DNA of 20,829 bases. Source: Promethearchaeota archaeon. GTDB taxonomy: Archaea > Asgardarchaeota > Lokiarchaeia > Sigyniarchaeales > SOKP01. Position numbers and translations under genes: made by a program. The notes below the pieces were generated by a model. That model searched no databases. It saw nothing but the letters and a program-made list of their open reading frames with translations, and was not told the origin of the DNA. Positions 18,036-20,829 of the stretch are shown here, piece by piece (within the stretch, counting starts at the first letter, position 1; the number at the start of each line of letters is the position of its first letter). The stretch covers positions 1 to 20,829 of the forward strand of contig JBHLLT010000037.1 in assembly GCA_048938855.1 (NCBI GenBank), in the 5' to 3' direction.

Positions 18036-18416
18036 AATAATCCTTAGTCTTATTTATAAAATTATTTAAAAGAATGAATACTAATTATTAATAATATCAA
18101 GCTACACAAAAAACTTACACTAAAAATAAAGTGAAAGTTTTTATATAATTACTTATAGCCCTATATTGTAATTCTTTATCCTAATTATTTAATTTTTGCT
18201 CTAAATCCTATTAAATCAGAAAATAAATATTAATAATGTTTAAATATGAAAATCACTTTTACTGAATTAGATGTGTCTAAATCATTAAATTTTATAATTA
18301 TTAATTTTCATGAGAAATTATTTTAAAATTAAAATTAATAAAATTTTTTGTTAAGATATATATTTAAATAATCCTATTATATAAATTGGTCAAAAAAGGT
18401 AAAAAATGGTTTAAAA

Positions 18417-19250
18417 ATGGAAAATTTTTTACTAGGATTATTACTAAGCTTAATGGCTGGCCTGTCAACCACTATAGGGAGTTTCTTTTCTTTTTTTATG
18501 AAAAAACCTAGTCCCAAATTTATTTCATTCATCATGGGATTTTCTGCAGGAGTGATGATCTTGATTTCTTTTGTGGAATTACTTCAAGGTAGTATGAATG
18601 AGACAAGTCCATTGTTAGGTTTAATGTTTTTCTTTCTTGGAATGATAATTATGTTTTTAATTGATATTTTAGTTTCTCATGAGTATGAATTTGAGGATTC
18701 TATAGAATTTTTAGTTACTAATAATGGTCAATATAAGCCACATCTTCATCATGGTCACAGGCACGGACAGCGCCCTCGCTATTATGATGAGAAAAAGAAT
18801 AATCAATTAGCTAAAACATCTATTTTTATAGTTTTCGGAGTTTTTATTCATAATTTTCCAGAGGGTATGGCAACCTTTATTGGGGCTTTAACTCAAGTTA
18901 ACCTTGGAATTTTATTAGCTATCGCTATTGCTTTACATAACATACCAGAAGGTATAGCTGTAGCAGTTCCAATTTATGCTTATACCTTAAACAGGAAAAA
19001 AGCTTTTAAATGGTCCTTTATATCAGGTATGAGTGAGCCATTAGGAGCTTTAATAACATGGTTAATTCTCTTTCCTTTTATTAATGATTTTATTTTATAT
19101 GCTATGTTAGGTGCAGTGGGAGGGATAATGGTTTATATATCTTTAGATGAACTCTTGCCAATGTCTCGATCTCTGGCCAAAGAGCATTATTCGATAATCG
19201 GAATCATAACTGGGATGTTTATTATGGCTGTTAGTTTGATATTATTATGA
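18417..19250 (+). CDS. zupT: ZIP-family (ZupT/GufA) divalent metal transporter
   Basis: GFSAGVM, HNFPEG and HNIPEG motifs, SGMSEPLGA, ISLDELLP; His-rich loop HLHHGHRHG. Confidence 0.92.
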   Translation: MENFLLGLLLSLMAGLSTTIGSFFSFFMKKPSPKFISFIMGFSAGVMILISFVELLQGSMNETSPLLGLMFFFLGMIIMFLIDILVSHEYEFEDSIEFLVTNNGQYKPHLHHGHRHGQRPRYYDEKKNNQLAKTSIFIVFGVFIHNFPEGMATFIGALTQVNLGILLAIAIALHNIPEGIAVAVPIYAYTLNRKKAFKWSFISGMSEPLGALITWLILFPFINDFILYAMLGAVGGIMVYISLDELLPMSRSLAKEHYSIIGIITGMFIMAVSLILL

Positions 19251-19341
19251 AAATTTTCGAATAATTAATAATCAAATACGAATTTACAAAAATTACTTTA
19301 TTAGAACCTGAAAGAGAAAAAGAAGGAAAAAATAAAAGAAA

Positions 19342-19531
19342 TTAATCTTTTTTTCTTAAAATTGAACTTAATTCAGTTTTGAGTAAGTCTCGTATTGCTA
19401 CGCGAATTACTTCAGAACGATTGGGATATAGGTTCATATTAACCAATTCTTCTATACCTGTCAAATAAGTTCTGAAAAGATTGAAGATGTTTCAACTTTT
19501 CTTCAGGTATATGGCAGGTAATTAACTTCAT
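19342..19531 (-). CDS. Ribbon-helix-helix (CopG/CdrS-like) transcriptional regulator, split: join(19531..19501, 19469..19342), 52 aa; absent from the ORF track
   Basis: Joined translation MKLITCHIPEAYLTGIEELVNMNLYPNRSEVIRVAIRDLLKTELSSILRKKD has the RHH beta-strand plus the YPNRSE.IR.AIRDLL signature. AGGGG SD upstream. Unspliced reading stops after 30 aa. Confidence 0.85.
19470..19500 (-). other. Putative 31-nt bulge-helix-bulge (tRNA-splicing-endonuclease-type) mRNA intron
   Basis: Central 4-bp helix CUGA/UCAG, 3-nt bulges AGA and AAC on opposite strands, intron hairpin AAAGUUGAA/UUCAA(U)CUUU, in-register exon-exon helix ending UACCUG/CAGGUA. Cutting after the 2nd bulge nucleotides restores the frame. 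Confidence 0.75.
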
Positions 19532-19737
19532 TTTTTTATAAACCCCTTTTTATATCACGTTGTATTGTTTTTTTTGTTATACTTTACACACTATGAAAAG
19601 TAAATATATGAGTATAATACAACGATAATATATGTAAAATATAACCATTGTAATCAGACTTCTTCGTGAAATGGGACACAAAAAAGGATCCCACTAATTT
19701 ACTCGTATCCTTCTGAAATTTAGAAGACTTTATTTTT

Positions 19738-20829
19738 TTATTCTTTCATATCTTCAGGACAGATCTCTTTCCCTTCTATGGAAGATTTTAATGTGGCTAA
19801 AGCGAATTGGGTGATATATTTACCTTCTTCTCCTGATAATATTGTAACCTTATCATTCTTTATTGCATCAATGAAATGGTGCGTAGAATTAATAAAACCA
19901 TACTTCCAATCTCTTTCAATGTCATTAATCGTCTCTATCTTTTCATCTTTAAATATTACTATTGGAGGAAAAATTCCAGATCCAGACATAACATTTCCAC
20001 CTGATGTAGCTTGATTTATCCAAATAACACCCTTAGAACCTGTTATTGTTATAAATTCATCTCCTGGATAATAAGGGCTAGGTAAATTCATATTAAGACA
20101 ATAATTGAATTCCATAGTCCCGTAAGAGGGAACAAGAAATTCAGTGTTTTTTGGAGGAGAATATTTCCACATTATGTAAGCCGGAATATCTAATTTATTA
20201 AATCTGTCAATCCATGAATAAACTTTTTCGATTTTTGCCCCTGCTAAATGTACTGCCAACCAAAATTTATGAAACCCATCATCAAAAACAAAGGGAGAAC
20301 CGCACTCCAACCCACCACCACAAAGTTTGGGATCTAACCGCCACATCCATGTAGTAGTAGAGATGTCCCATCCTCCTTTGGTTCCTTCAATAGTTTTAAT
20401 GTGGACTGAATTTACTTGACCAATAACACCCTCATTTAATAATTGTTTTACTCTCATAATAGGAGGATAAAAAGTAAAATTCTCAAAAACTTTAAGTTTA
20501 ATATTATTCTTTTTACAGGTATCGATCATTTTATCGCATTCTTTAATAGAGTTTGCCATAGGTTTTTGTACAGATATTCCTAAGATATTCTTTTTAGCAG
20601 CATAAAGTGTCACTTCACAATGTAAGTGGTGAGGTAATAAAATTTCTAGAATATCTATGCTCTCGCAATCAAGCATATTTTTATAATCAGAATATATTTT
20701 GATGTTTGGACCCAAATTAAATTTTTCCACTTTAAGTTTTGCTCGTCTCGTTTTAGTATCACATAAACAAGTGATTTCAATATCATCGCGATCAAGATAT
20801 CCTAGAATATTTAAATCAAAAATTACCCC
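19738..20829 (-). CDS. Gfo/Idh/MocA-family NAD(P)-dependent oxidoreductase (5' end outside the window)
   Basis: Frame stays open upstream of the track's 20730 start to the window edge (GVIFDLNILGY...ITCLCD). Motifs ILLPHHLH, VQKPMA, VFENF, DDGFH. Confidence 0.9.
   Translation of the reverse strand, partial: GVIFDLNILGYLDRDDIEITCLCDTKTRRAKLKVEKFNLGPNIKIYSDYKNMLDCESIDILEILLPHHLHCEVTLYAAKKNILGISVQKPMANSIKECDKMIDTCKKNNIKLKVFENFTFYPPIMRVKQLLNEGVIGQVNSVHIKTIEGTKGGWDISTTTWMWRLDPKLCGGGLECGSPFVFDDGFHKFWLAVHLAGAKIEKVYSWIDRFNKLDIPAYIMWKYSPPKNTEFLVPSYGTMEFNYCLNMNLPSPYYPGDEFITITGSKGVIWINQATSGGNVMSGSGIFPPIVIFKDEKIETINDIERDWKYGFINSTHHFIDAIKNDKVTILSGEEGKYITQFALATLKSSIEGKEICPEDMKE

Noticed and set aside
19469-19502. 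31-nt palindromic insert as a MITE/transposon footprint
   Set aside because: The only flanking direct repeat (AGAA) would excise 29 nt and not restore the frame, whereas BHB geometry gives an exact in-frame junction. Disfavoured but not fully excluded.
3455-20014. Other short antisense ORFs (3455, 5339, 6630, 7417, 7587, 8862, 11366, 12302, 14625, 19778)
   Set aside because: They lie wholly or almost wholly opposite well-supported genes and have shadow-like composition.

Overview
AT-rich archaeal chromosomal window whose gene content (Rab-like small GTPase, archaeal uS13-uS4-uS11, TrmB, CofC, a steadiness-box-like protein, UGA-recoded Hdr genes) points to an Asgard archaeon, most likely Lokiarchaeia (inference). 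Left to right: 5' end of a Lys-rich (possibly histone-like) gene, TrmB regulator, Rab-like GTPase, cofC, coiled-coil protein, serS, a small ORF, a selenoprotein operon that the ORF track fragments or misses (hdrA with 2 in-frame UGA, mvhD/vhuD with 2 in-frame UGA, a SECIS-like hairpin, then an FrhB-family F420-binding subunit), rps13-rps4-rps11 without rpoD, a Zn-ribbon membrane protein, a Pro-rich protein with a Vps23/TSG101 steadiness-box-like C-terminus, nadE, two hypotheticals, an orphan N6-adenine DNA methyltransferase, a DUF6125-like protein, a ZIP transporter, and a partial Gfo/Idh/MocA oxidoreductase. The most unexpected signal is an unannotated CdrS/CopG-like ribbon-helix-helix gene (19342-19531, minus) interrupted by a 31-nt frameshifting insert. 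The insert folds into a bulge-helix-bulge motif whose canonical cut sites restore the frame. This makes it a candidate tRNA-type mRNA intron in a transcription factor gene.
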